NCBI GenBank assembly: GCA_040217195.1
Contig: JAVJNR010000001.1
Location: 32,001 to 96,000, forward strand
Direction: 5' to 3'
Length of the DNA: 64,000 bases
Source of the DNA: Leptospiraceae bacterium
Lineage (GTDB): Bacteria; Spirochaetota; Leptospiria; Leptospirales; Leptonemataceae
Below are positions 30,317-40,597 of this stretch, in pieces. Both the position numbers and the translations under genes were made by a program. How positions within the stretch are numbered: the first letter of the stretch is position 1; every line of letters begins with the position of its first letter. A model generated the notes under the pieces. It was not told the origin of the DNA and ran no database searches. It saw nothing but the letters and a program-made list of their open reading frames with translations.

Positions 30317-32347
30317 CTAAATATATCTGCTACTGAATCGCAAAAATTGATTCAGGCTCTTGCTCAGATTCTTTCGGTAAACACCGTCTGCCCGTTCTTC
30401 GCTGAGCTTTTCTGCATTTCTACTGATATAGACTTCCGTTTTTCGAATGAGTGCCCTTAGCTCAGGAAATTTCTTCCAGACATCTTCCGACTCCGTGGCG
30501 CCGGATTGATTATTGTATAGATTAAGAAGTAAATTCTGTATTGTCCGGAGCTGCCCGGTGTCAGTCTCAGTGAAAGACTTTCCGGGGGTCTGTGCATTCC
30601 TGAAGGAATCCAGTAAATCATGTCTGATGGCTGCATTCAGTTTCTCACTGGAGTGGATTTCTGCCAGGGGATTTTGCATGCGAAGATTGTTCATTCCTTC
30701 TATCCTACTTCCGCTTCTGGACAGATTAATGCAATTTACCGGGTCCTCCTCTTTCAATGATTCAATGGATTGTTCGAACCAGCTACGATACAGGCTTAAT
30801 ATGAAATCACCGGGAATGCTTTTTTGGTCTACAGAAGGTACCGGCACCAGATCACGCTTTTGCATCACTCGCTCATTGATGCTTTCCAGACTGAGTTTGC
30901 GATGGATCATATAGTTCCAGCGCTCATAATGGTGTGTATTCAATGCATGAAGTTGGCGAAAGGTCCAGGCCAGGTCCTGACCGGCAAAGTAAATGGTGCG
31001 AAATCCAAGAAAACGCAACAGATCAAAGGCTGACGTTGCCACCGAACCTCCAGACTGGAGACGACCCTGTGGGCCGCAAATTTCTTCCAGCAGCTCTGTT
31101 CCAGGTGTGCGAAGCTCTTCGGTGCTTCCATCCGGTCTGTAAATGAGGCGGGCGGTGGAGGAGAAAATCCAGCCTGCAGGGCTTAAATGGCGAATCAGAG
31201 AAGGATGACAGACCAGATCTGCAAATAAAATTAGATCGGAAAGATCTTCATTCAGGAAGTGCAGCAGGGTTTGCTTCTGAGCATCCAGGATATGCGCTCC
31301 ATGAGGACGAATCCCGGCTCGAAGAAGAGGCTTCAGTGCAGTATCGCAGGCCAGAATAAAGAATTTTTCCTGGTGTTTCTGTATGAAGGGCAGGGTCTCT
31401 GTGAGACTGGGACCGGCTGAAACCAGTAATGCTGGTTTGTCTGTCCATCGATTCTGCCAGTAAATCAGGTTGGATGGATGATTCGAGCTGCGTGCATACT
31501 GACTGTTTATTAATGTATTTCGCAGCCACAATGGTTCGAATTCAAATCTGGTGAGTAGATCGGACATCCTGGATTGCAGGATGCCACGCATTCTGGCTTC
31601 CACATATTCATAGAAATCCGGCGCCTGGTCAACGGAAGACCGGTGCCGGAGGAATCGAATCCCCTGGAAATTCTCTGCCGGAAGACCTTCCAGATAATGC
31701 TCGAGAGAAATCAGGGTTTCTTCTCCAAAGAACAGATGGCATCCAGGGGTATTGAGATATTGCTTAAGTGTAGAAAACTCCGGACCGCTGGCTTGAGATA
31801 TCGGTTCTTCCTTTCCCTGCCTGGGAGGATCTCCATCCGTATTCCATTCATCTGCAGAGGTGCGCTGCTCTGGTTTATTCGGATTTTCTTCTATTATAGT
31901 GCTGCCTGGTGTCTCAATACTGGCATCCGTATCCTTCCATTTGCGTTCGGAATCCTGGAAGGGTGGCCATTGCTGGTCTGATCCCGGAGAGGCCTGGACC
32001 GCCCCGGCAGCCAGCTCTGTTTCCAGAAGCCTCTGGAGATAGAAACCACCTAGAGTGAGTCGATGATCCAGGATAAGACAGATCTGTCCCGGTAAGAGGG
32101 ATTTATAGGCCCGGAAGATTTCTGGATTCCCGGCTCCCAGTATTACAAGAATCTGCGTGCGCTTTAAGCCCTGAGCTCCGGAAAGAATCCGCTCCGCCTC
32201 TTTCTCAGGTCCATACCGGGTGCATAGAGGCCTGCCATCTTCGGCAGGAATAGCGGTTCCGTCCCGGGCAGTCTGAAGGGTCAGGCCCGGTGACGATTTT
32301 CCACGCAGGAATTGCAGATAGGGCTTTCTTCTGAACACTTCTTCCAT
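30317..32347 (-). CDS. Motility-associated factor (Maf)/DUF115 MptE-like protein
   Basis: Start re-called to MEEVFRR (longer ORF runs antisense into smc); CTRYGPEKEA, VSAGPSL, ACDTA, GGSVA, AGQDLA. Confidence 0.8.
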   Translation of the reverse strand: MEEVFRRKPYLQFLRGKSSPGLTLQTARDGTAIPAEDGRPLCTRYGPEKEAERILSGAQGLKRTQILVILGAGNPEIFRAYKSLLPGQICLILDHRLTLGGFYLQRLLETELAAGAVQASPGSDQQWPPFQDSERKWKDTDASIETPGSTIIEENPNKPEQRTSADEWNTDGDPPRQGKEEPISQASGPEFSTLKQYLNTPGCHLFFGEETLISLEHYLEGLPAENFQGIRFLRHRSSVDQAPDFYEYVEARMRGILQSRMSDLLTRFEFEPLWLRNTLINSQYARSSNHPSNLIYWQNRWTDKPALLVSAGPSLTETLPFIQKHQEKFFILACDTALKPLLRAGIRPHGAHILDAQKQTLLHFLNEDLSDLILFADLVCHPSLIRHLSPAGWIFSSTARLIYRPDGSTEELRTPGTELLEEICGPQGRLQSGGSVATSAFDLLRFLGFRTIYFAGQDLAWTFRQLHALNTHHYERWNYMIHRKLSLESINERVMQKRDLVPVPSVDQKSIPGDFILSLYRSWFEQSIESLKEEDPVNCINLSRSGSRIEGMNNLRMQNPLAEIHSSEKLNAAIRHDLLDSFRNAQTPGKSFTETDTGQLRTIQNLLLNLYNNQSGATESEDVWKKFPELRALIRKTEVYISRNAEKLSEERADGVYRKNLSKSLNQFLRFSSRYI

Positions 32348-32516
32348 AACGTGGCCAGTGGACCTTATGTCGTCAGCATATCTGGTGGCCTCTGACGGTC
32401 CAGCCATCCCCAACTGCTTGACAGTCAGGGTTGGCGTCGGCCTGCTGAATCCTTCCTGGATCCGGCAGGATCGCTTTTCCGAACCAACGGGCCTGCTTTG
32501 CAGGTAGAGGAATTTC

Positions 32517-35294
32517 ATGCACGTAAAAAGAATACGCATGGTAGGATTTAAATCCTTCGCGGATGAAACCGTGATAGAGCCTGGCACCGGCATAACTGCG
32601 GTGGTGGGCCCAAATGGATGTGGAAAATCCAATATTGTAGATGCCGTGCGCTGGGTGCTGGGAGAGAAATCCGGTCGGGCCCTTAGAGGAAAGAACATGG
32701 AAGATGTTATCTTCCTGGGTTCAGAAAAGAGAAAGCAGGCTGGCATGGCCGAAGTGGAGATTGCTTTCGATAATTCAGATCGGTCCCTTTCCGTGGACCA
32801 GGATGAAGTGAGCATCGGTCGAAGACTGTATCTAAATAGTGCCAGCGAATACATACTAAACGGCAAGCGCACCACTCGTAAGGAAATCGAAAAGGTGCTC
32901 ATGGATACTGGCATTGGCAAAACTGCCTACTCCATCATGGAGCAGGGCCGAATGTCCGAGATTCTTCGTGCCAGTCCCGAAGACCGCCGGCTACTTTTCG
33001 ATGAGGCTGCTGGAATCTCCCGCTTCAAGGCGGAGCGCCAGGAAACTCTGAAACGTCTGGATGATACGGAGCAGAATCTGCTTCGTCTGGGTGACATTCT
33101 TAAAGAGAAACAAAGAGAGCTGGAAAACCTGGAAAGGCAGGCCCGAAAGACCAGACAGTATCTGAAATTGAAGGAGCATCTGGACAAGCACGACAAGAAT
33201 ATTCGCTATATTAAGATATCCGATAATCAATCCAGACAGAAGTCCATTGAAGAGAAGTTACAGAAGCTTGCTGAAAAGAAACAGGCCATCCTGGATAGAA
33301 TCGAAAAATCCGAGTCCCAGGCCCAGGATCTAGAGATTCAAAACCAGGATGATCTGGAAAAGCGTCATGCTCTGGACAGACAGTATCATCAGACTCTATC
33401 GGTCATTGAATCCCTGGAAAAGAATCAACAGCGGGTAGCCGAAGAAATCGATGAACGTACGCGGCAGAAAGATCAAATCCAGGAGCGTCTCAATGCGGAG
33501 GATAAATTTCTTAAAGCCTCCCGCAGTAAGTTAGAACAATCCATGCAGCTTGAACTGGATTTAAGCTCCGAGATTGAAAATCTAACGAAGAAGTCTGCAG
33601 ATCTCCAGAAAACCGTGGATGAGCTAGAAATCCAGGTGCAGGAATCTCAAAAGAAAGAAGAGGCAAATGTAAGCGAAAGCGAACAGATTGAAAAAGATCA
33701 GAAAGCAGTGATGGATCAGTTACGAGCCCTCACCGAGCAGTTGATCAATGATCTGGAAGCTAGAAAGAAAGACATTGAGGCTGCGGAAAAAAGTCGCAAA
33801 GCGTTGTCCGATGAGATGCTGTCCAGGATTCAGGAAGGAAAATCCACAGTCGATTCTCTGCTTAAAGATCTGAAGTCTACGGATGAGCCCGATGAGATGA
33901 AGCAGAAGAAATCTACCTGGATCAAACAGGTGGAGGGCCTTTCTTTTTCCGTTCTATTAAAGGACTTCGATCAGTACCAGAAGCTGGATGCGGAATTTCG
34001 CTCCCTTTTCTTTGGCGAATCAGGCTTAATTTCCAGAAAGGAAGAGCTGGATCAAAAAATGAATGGATTCAACCAGAGAAAGGTTGAAATACATAAAGAA
34101 AACCAGAAGTTACAGCAGCTAAGAAAACAGAATCTGTTGCGAATTGAAAAAGAGAAGAATCGGCGCGTAGAACTGGAACTGCAGATTCGGGATTATCAGG
34201 CCAGAAAAGATTCCTCTCAGGAAGCCAGAGACCAGCTAGAAAACCAGATTGAACAATCCAGCGCTCGATTAAACTACTTAAGCGATGAAATCAAAAGTGT
34301 AGATGCTTTGCTCTTGAAGCTCACTGAAGAGCAGAAGCAACAAAAAGAGGAACTGGAACGAAATAATAAAGAAACCAGAGAAAAAGCCAGCACTCTGGAA
34401 AGCATGCAGAAAAACATCGAAAAGGTGCGAAATCGAATCGCCGAGCTAAGAGAGAAAACTCGCAAAGATCGGGACTCCATTGAGCGATTATTACCCGAGA
34501 TGTCCAGAGAGGAAAGAGCCCAGGAAAACATCAATGTAGCTCTGCAGACTCTGGAAGAAGAGCTATACAACGATTTTCAGATGAGTCCTGGCGAGCTGGA
34601 AGAGGAATGTGGAAATCGTCGACTGAACAAGGAGACGGAACAATCCGAATATCGCAGAATCAAAGGTGAGATCCAGGGGCTTGGACAGTTCAATGCACTG
34701 GCCATCGATGAATATGCTAGATGCGAAGAAGGCCTGAACGAACTATTAAAGCAAAAGCAGGATATAGAAGAAGCTCGTAAGAATATACTTTCCATACTTC
34801 AGGAAATCGATGATAGTTCTAGAACTCTGTTCCGGGATACATTCGAACGGATTCAAAACAATTTCACCGAAGTATTCCAGACTTTGTTTGGAGGAGGCAA
34901 TGCCAGCCTGACTCTTACGGATGAAAACGATCCAATGAATAGCGGCGTAAGTATTATGGTTCAGCCTCCAGGAAAGAAAAACAGTTCTATTACTCTTCTT
35001 TCTGGCGGGGAGCAGAATATGACTGCCATCGCTCTTATGTTTGCTACCTATCTGGTTCGACCGTCACCTTTTTGCCTGCTGGATGAAATTGATGCACCTC
35101 TGGATGATAGCAATGTGCATCGATTTCTGAAAATGCTGGGCAGTTTTGCCCCCCGAAGCCAATTTCTTGTAATCACTCATAATAAATTAACTATGGAACG
35201 GGCCGGAGCCATTTTTGGAGTTACCCAGGAAGAACCTGGCGTGACTCGTATTGTCTCTGTGCGATTTCAGGATAAGAAGCAGACAGTATCCTGA
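32517..35294 (+). CDS. smc: Chromosome segregation protein SMC (short spirochaete type)
   Basis: GFKSFA, GPNGCGKSN, long coiled coil, LSGGE, LLDEIDAPLD, VITH. Confidence 0.95.
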   Translation: MHVKRIRMVGFKSFADETVIEPGTGITAVVGPNGCGKSNIVDAVRWVLGEKSGRALRGKNMEDVIFLGSEKRKQAGMAEVEIAFDNSDRSLSVDQDEVSIGRRLYLNSASEYILNGKRTTRKEIEKVLMDTGIGKTAYSIMEQGRMSEILRASPEDRRLLFDEAAGISRFKAERQETLKRLDDTEQNLLRLGDILKEKQRELENLERQARKTRQYLKLKEHLDKHDKNIRYIKISDNQSRQKSIEEKLQKLAEKKQAILDRIEKSESQAQDLEIQNQDDLEKRHALDRQYHQTLSVIESLEKNQQRVAEEIDERTRQKDQIQERLNAEDKFLKASRSKLEQSMQLELDLSSEIENLTKKSADLQKTVDELEIQVQESQKKEEANVSESEQIEKDQKAVMDQLRALTEQLINDLEARKKDIEAAEKSRKALSDEMLSRIQEGKSTVDSLLKDLKSTDEPDEMKQKKSTWIKQVEGLSFSVLLKDFDQYQKLDAEFRSLFFGESGLISRKEELDQKMNGFNQRKVEIHKENQKLQQLRKQNLLRIEKEKNRRVELELQIRDYQARKDSSQEARDQLENQIEQSSARLNYLSDEIKSVDALLLKLTEEQKQQKEELERNNKETREKASTLESMQKNIEKVRNRIAELREKTRKDRDSIERLLPEMSREERAQENINVALQTLEEELYNDFQMSPGELEEECGNRRLNKETEQSEYRRIKGEIQGLGQFNALAIDEYARCEEGLNELLKQKQDIEEARKNILSILQEIDDSSRTLFRDTFERIQNNFTEVFQTLFGGGNASLTLTDENDPMNSGVSIMVQPPGKKNSSITLLSGGEQNMTAIALMFATYLVRPSPFCLLDEIDAPLDDSNVHRFLKMLGSFAPRSQFLVITHNKLTMERAGAIFGVTQEEPGVTRIVSVRFQDKKQTVS

Positions 35295-35319
35295 GTTCTT
35301 TCCGCTGTAGTATTTCGCG

Positions 35320-37095
35320 ATGCCCCGGGACCGGCCTTGCATGATGGTAACATTAAACAGAAAAGGAAGCAAGGCAAACATTGGAACCAATGCAGGTTTG
35401 CTCCGATCCGGATCAGGGGCTAAGAAGGCATCGTTACCATTGCGATTTCTGTCTGGTTGCCTGACTGCGATCCATTTATGGTTTATTGTAATTCCTCTGA
35501 CATTCTCAAGCCTGAAAGCTGAAGATATTCCTGTGGTCACCGCCAGTCCTGTTTCGCGTAGCCTGAAAATCATTCCATTTGTTAATCTTACAGGATCCAG
35601 CAATCTGGATTATCTAGAAACTGGTCTTCCACAGATGATACTTAATGGAATGACGCTTCCAGTGTTTTTGAGGGATTTTCGACCTCCAGACATTGTTCTT
35701 GATCCTTCCGGAGAGGCCAGCGTTCAAAGTCCTTACTCCAGTCCGCAGCTGGCCGAAAGTGTCATCGGAACCACTCGCCAGAAGATTCGTCTGGAAGGCA
35801 ATGTTCATCGCTGGGGCCCCAATGAAGGAAACCTGGTAGAACTTGAATCCGGGTTTCCTGTGGCAGCAAGCATCAATGCTGACTATTTGATTCAGGCAAA
35901 GATACGCGGTGATCGGAATAATCCGGTGCTGGAGCTGGAATTCTATGATGCGGTCTGGGGCAAAAAGTCAGTAACCATAATCAATCTACCTGCAAGAAAT
36001 CCATACGATGAGGCCACTCTGTTACGCATTCGAAGGTTCATTAGCAGCCGATTACCGGGCCTGGGATCGGGCAGGATTCGAGTGAATTCTGAAAAATCGG
36101 GAGCCCTGGTATTTCTGGATGAAGTGTATCTTGGTAAGACTCCTTTGAATGAATCCGTGGCCCCGGGTACCTATGATCTGCGTGTTAGTCATGAAGAATG
36201 TGAAGATGAAACTAAGAGCGTCGATCTAAATTCACAGCAGGCGTTTCGTTTCGAATGCAGGCCGCGGCAAGGAAATGCGACTCTGGTGGTGGACAGTGAC
36301 CCTCCCGGTGCAAGCGTGTTTTTAAATGTTGAGTTTCTGGGAAAGACCCCCCTCAAAGTGGAAAATCTAAAGGAAGGAACTCACCGAGTTCGAATCAGTC
36401 TGGATAAGCATATAGATCGATTCAAAGGAGTGGAGCTTAAATCCGGCCAGACTTCCACGGTTTCCGTCAATATGGACGAAGGCGACACAGAACAGTATTT
36501 CCGTGATCCCGGTTATGTTCTGGGTGACTGGACGCATCATGATCTGGCTCTTGGACTGATGATTCAGAGCCTGGCTCTTGGCGGTGGCTGGGCCTATAGC
36601 TCTATTCGAGCCAACGATGTCCGGGACTCCATCCGAAGTCAGATACCGTCTCTGGCAATTACAGATGTTCCTTCTTTTTCCATCTATCAGTTCCAGCAAA
36701 TCGAATCCAACCGACTGGATGCAAAGGCCTGGGATAATCGGGCCAATCTTTTTTCCGGTGCTGCCATAGCTTCTCTAACTTTTGCTGGAATATTTCTCTG
36801 GCTTGGGTATGAACACGATGATAAGGAGTTCGGTGAGCTTAGCCTTCTGGAGAATCATCTTCGCAGACAGTATTCAGAATCCGGTGATCTTTCGCATACC
36901 GAACTGAAGGATGGCGGATTCTACAGTTCAGGCAACGGAAATCCTCAATTTTCTGGCTTTCTATGGGATATGAAAGGGATGGGCCCAACTACTTCAGACT
37001 TTGGAGGTATGCAGAATCATGGCCCGCCTACCTTCTCGAATTCCAGTAAAAATAACGAGTTCCAGCATCGTCTGGGCATTCGGTTGAATTTTTAA
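35320..37095 (+). CDS. PEGA-domain membrane/exported protein
   Basis: Two PEGA repeats (GALVFLD..YLGKTPL; SDPPGASVFLN...GKTPL), CsgG-like IIPFVNLTG, C-terminal hydrophobic segments; exact start uncertain. Confidence 0.8.
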   Translation: MPRDRPCMMVTLNRKGSKANIGTNAGLLRSGSGAKKASLPLRFLSGCLTAIHLWFIVIPLTFSSLKAEDIPVVTASPVSRSLKIIPFVNLTGSSNLDYLETGLPQMILNGMTLPVFLRDFRPPDIVLDPSGEASVQSPYSSPQLAESVIGTTRQKIRLEGNVHRWGPNEGNLVELESGFPVAASINADYLIQAKIRGDRNNPVLELEFYDAVWGKKSVTIINLPARNPYDEATLLRIRRFISSRLPGLGSGRIRVNSEKSGALVFLDEVYLGKTPLNESVAPGTYDLRVSHEECEDETKSVDLNSQQAFRFECRPRQGNATLVVDSDPPGASVFLNVEFLGKTPLKVENLKEGTHRVRISLDKHIDRFKGVELKSGQTSTVSVNMDEGDTEQYFRDPGYVLGDWTHHDLALGLMIQSLALGGGWAYSSIRANDVRDSIRSQIPSLAITDVPSFSIYQFQQIESNRLDAKAWDNRANLFSGAAIASLTFAGIFLWLGYEHDDKEFGELSLLENHLRRQYSESGDLSHTELKDGGFYSSGNGNPQFSGFLWDMKGMGPTTSDFGGMQNHGPPTFSNSSKNNEFQHRLGIRLNF

Positions 37096-37126
37096 TAAAT
37101 TTTGATTCGCTGATGTTTCTTCGTGC

Positions 37127-37275
37127 GCATCTTCGCATCTTTGCATCTTTGCATCTTTGCATCTTTGCATCTTTGCATCTTTGCATCTTTGCATCTTTGC
37201 ATCTTTGCATCTTTGCATCTTTGCATCTTTGCAGCTTTGCAGCTTTGCAGCTTTGCAGCTTTGCAGCTTTGCAGC
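37127..37275. repeat. 8-bp tandem repeat (VNTR): GCATCTTC + (GCATCTTT)12 + (GCAGCTTT)5 + GCAGC
   Basis: Counted directly in the intergenic sequence. Confidence 0.97.
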
Positions 37276-37495
37276 GCGGCCAGAGCCTGAACCGAAGAAA
37301 CACTCCCGGGAATTGCTTTCTAGAACCGGGCTCTGCACCAGGCGCGGCAGAGGAAAATGAAAGATTCTACGGATAGGGAGGTATTGAGATCAATTCTGAT
37401 TATCCATACTTACAGGAATTCGAATTCATGAGCTTATCGCTAAGTCTATTTTAGTTTTCCGGTTTTCTATCTGACTGCTCGCTAAAGGGTGCACC

Positions 37496-39595
37496 ATGGC
37501 ATCACAATTGCGCGAAAGCGTTCCTACCGAAAATATAGGAATGAAACCCAATTCACTTCTTTGCGACAATGAACTTGACTTTAATCGTCCTGTGGAAGTG
37601 GCTCCGAATATCTTCTGGGTTGGAATCTATCTGGAAAACGATCCTTTTCAATGTCACCCTTACTTCATTGAGAACGGAAACGAATCTATCCTCATCGACC
37701 CGGGTTCCATGCTTCAAAGGCAGGACATTGTTCGAAAAATAGAAATGGCCTGCGATCTAAAGGATGTGAAGTATATCATCCTGCATCATCAGGATCCGGA
37801 CCTATGTGCTGCGGTGCCCTACCTGGAGAAGCTCATCGACCGAGCGGATTTGCAGATTGTGACACATAGCCGAATGTCCGTATTGATCAAGCATTATGGT
37901 TTGAAATCCAGCTATTACAACATTGACGAAAATGACTTTCAGCTCAAGGCCGGGAATCGTCTTCTTAAGTTCTATACCACTCCTTACTGTCATTCACCCG
38001 GTGCCTTTGTTACATACGATGGGCAGACCAGGGTGCTTTTCTCTGGTGATATCTTTGGCGGGCTGGAAGACTCCTGGCATTTTCTTGCGGATGAACATTA
38101 TTTCAGACACATCGAAGGCTTTCATATGGCCTACATGCCCAGTCGAGATATCCTGAACTATGCTCTGCGAAAGATTGAATCTCTGGATATAGATCTAATA
38201 GCTCCGCAGCATGGATCCATAATCCAGCGAAAGTATATTTCAGAGCTGATCCAGAAGATGAAGCAGATGGAATGCGGGCTTTACATTGATCGAAAGTACG
38301 GTCAGGATCTGATGCGAACCATCGAAAAGCTAAACAATCTGCAAACGGAATTTGAAGTATCTCTGGATGAAATCAAGAAGCTAAAGAGAAGTCAGGATGG
38401 AGACTATTTCCTCACAACTCTTCTGATGAAGCCATTAATGAATGAACTGAATAGAAGTCAGGAAGTGAATACCGATTGTGTACTGATTCAAAAGAAGGCT
38501 TTCCTGTTCAAAGAGCGGTTCCAGCATCTTGGCGGAGATTTCAACATGACCGGGCAGCTTAACTTTGCAGGTGAAGACTATGTAATGTTTTTCAATGGAG
38601 ATGGAATGGGAAAATCCATGCAGGGTGCCGGAGGAGCTCTTGTAATGGGCACTGTTCTAAACTCCTTGATAACCAGAGCCACCGGTTCCGGTCAGGTCCT
38701 GGCTCTTTCTCCGGAACGCTGGCTGGAAGATACCTATAAAGAAATTCAAACCCTATTCTTATCTTTCGATGGCGCTATGATGTTTTCTGGAATTCTGGGC
38801 CTTATAAATGAACGATCGGGAGAGCTATTTTTCATAAATGCGGAACATCCGTTCTTGATACTGTATAGAGGCGGTCATGCAGAGTTTATTGAATCCGAGC
38901 TGACCATGCGAAAGTTTGGCTGTCCTTCCGAGCTGGGTTTTCATTTGCAAAGGTTCAGGCTGGAACCTGGAGATGTGCTGATAGCTGGATCGGACGGAAA
39001 AGACGATATCAATCTGAAACCGGGCACGGAGGTGCCGGAAATAAATTATGATTACCGGTTAATTCTTGGTCTGGTGGAGAAGAGCCAGGGAAAGCTAAAG
39101 AAGCTGGTGAAGTCTATCTACCATACCGGGGAGCCCACCGATGATCTATCGTTGATTCGCATAGGGTTTCAGGAAAGTCAGCACAATACCGAAGATCATC
39201 GAATCGATGATGATTTGATTTACAAACTAAAGATCTCCAGTTTCATTCGGAATCGAAATTACGAGAAAGCTCTGGAACTGATGGAAGGGGATTCAGAAAA
39301 ACAGAATGCAGAGATTCTAATGTATCGCGGCTACTGCTTGATTCGCGAAAGGAGATATCTGAAATCATTAAAATACCTGACCCGGGCCCTGCAATTGAAA
39401 GAGGATTACTTTCCTGCATTGAAGTATGCCGGAATGGCCCATTACTTTCTGGGCAACTACAAGAAGACCGAAGATTACTGGTCCGCTGCGTTGTCTCTGA
39501 GACCCGAGGATTCTCTTCTGAAAAAAAGATTTCCGCAATTACTCCATCGGCTGGAGAAACAGAAGGTGCTTCTGGGACAAAGGCAAATGAATTGA
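37496..39595 (+). CDS. ODP-type metallo-beta-lactamase-fold sensor fused to SpoIIE/PP2C phosphatase and TPR
   Basis: QCHPYFI..LIDPGS, HHQDPDL, HSPG, FSGDIFG, IAPQHG; then GGDF, GDGMGK, SDG.DD, DDLS; C-terminal TPRs. Confidence 0.85.
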   Translation: MASQLRESVPTENIGMKPNSLLCDNELDFNRPVEVAPNIFWVGIYLENDPFQCHPYFIENGNESILIDPGSMLQRQDIVRKIEMACDLKDVKYIILHHQDPDLCAAVPYLEKLIDRADLQIVTHSRMSVLIKHYGLKSSYYNIDENDFQLKAGNRLLKFYTTPYCHSPGAFVTYDGQTRVLFSGDIFGGLEDSWHFLADEHYFRHIEGFHMAYMPSRDILNYALRKIESLDIDLIAPQHGSIIQRKYISELIQKMKQMECGLYIDRKYGQDLMRTIEKLNNLQTEFEVSLDEIKKLKRSQDGDYFLTTLLMKPLMNELNRSQEVNTDCVLIQKKAFLFKERFQHLGGDFNMTGQLNFAGEDYVMFFNGDGMGKSMQGAGGALVMGTVLNSLITRATGSGQVLALSPERWLEDTYKEIQTLFLSFDGAMMFSGILGLINERSGELFFINAEHPFLILYRGGHAEFIESELTMRKFGCPSELGFHLQRFRLEPGDVLIAGSDGKDDINLKPGTEVPEINYDYRLILGLVEKSQGKLKKLVKSIYHTGEPTDDLSLIRIGFQESQHNTEDHRIDDDLIYKLKISSFIRNRNYEKALELMEGDSEKQNAEILMYRGYCLIRERRYLKSLKYLTRALQLKEDYFPALKYAGMAHYFLGNYKKTEDYWSAALSLRPEDSLLKKRFPQLLHRLEKQKVLLGQRQMN

Positions 39596-39718
39596 TCTGG
39601 CGAAACGGAGAGGCTCAGGCCAGTGCTGGACTACAGGTATTCAGTCCAGGGAACTGATTTGCACCGCTTCGGCACCAGGTCAGTCTGGCTTCAGATCGAA
39701 GTGCCTTACTCTAGATTG

Positions 39719-40558
39719 TCAAAGCTGTCTTGCACGGGTTTTTCGCGGAACCTCTCTTCCTCTGGATCGTCTTTCCGGATGGAGGGTTAGAGCATAGACC
39801 TGCTTCTGAAGGTCTTCGGTTAGAGCCCTTGCAGCTGCCTTTTCACCCAGTTCCCTGTCTGGAAAATCGGAGGGCTGGATTGGGTTTCCAATGTTATAGT
39901 AGATGCCTCTTTGAAACGCTTCTCCGGATAGAAAGGTTCGAACATCTGAGAATCCATGTGCACCTCGAATTCCACTGGGAATAACAGGAACTCCTGCTTT
40001 CAAAGCCAGTTTGGCTGTAAGTGGTTTGAAAGGGGACATGACTCCGGTGTCACTTCTGGTGCCTTCTGGAAAGATGGATAATAAATGGCCTTCTTTCAGC
40101 AATTCCAGCATTTGATCTTCAACTTCCTGATAGTAGGCCACTGCATCCCGGGCCGAATCCCCTTTGAAGGCCCTCCGAATGGGATGCCCTCCCCAGGTTT
40201 CCATCTGGCTTCTGTGATATAGACCGTACAACTTCAGCATTCCTTCTACAGTAAGCCGAACCGGTGAAAAGATTGGATGGCTCCATCCCGGGGCCTGGGA
40301 CAGGGTTTCCAGAATTTGATCATCCGGACGAAAAAGCTCTTCTTTGCCCAGGAAATGAATTCTGCGATCGCTGTACAGCCCCTGTATCATGGGATCCAGG
40401 TAATCTGTATGGTTGCAGACCAGGATAGCACCGCCGGACTCCGGAATATTCTCCATTCCGGTAACTTCTACATGAAATAGCTGGTCCAGGGCTGTACGGA
40501 GTATGTCCCGTACTGGCTCAAAGGGTATGGTAGCCACGGTAAACTGTGTATCTGTCAT
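39719..40558 (-). CDS. plsC: Lysophospholipid acyltransferase (PlsC family)
   Basis: NHTDYLD (HX4D), FLGKEELF, FPEGTRS, VPVIP. Confidence 0.88.
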   Translation of the reverse strand: MTDTQFTVATIPFEPVRDILRTALDQLFHVEVTGMENIPESGGAILVCNHTDYLDPMIQGLYSDRRIHFLGKEELFRPDDQILETLSQAPGWSHPIFSPVRLTVEGMLKLYGLYHRSQMETWGGHPIRRAFKGDSARDAVAYYQEVEDQMLELLKEGHLLSIFPEGTRSDTGVMSPFKPLTAKLALKAGVPVIPSGIRGAHGFSDVRTFLSGEAFQRGIYYNIGNPIQPSDFPDRELGEKAAARALTEDLQKQVYALTLHPERRSRGREVPRKTRARQL

Positions 40559-40597
40559 CTGGTTGCCTGGAATTCCTGATTTACCCCTGAACGGAGA

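Noticed and set aside
32348..32920. N-terminal 191 aa of the 867-aa minus-strand ORF
   Set aside because: Mostly antisense to the conserved smc head; Maf-like sequence begins at MEEVFRR (32347)
36994..37376. ORFs with KDAKMQRC / LHLCIFAS repeats; possible CRISPR or repeat-peptide gene
   Set aside because: They are translations of the 8-bp tandem repeat, which has no stop codon in any frame; there are no spacers, no cas genes and no RBS
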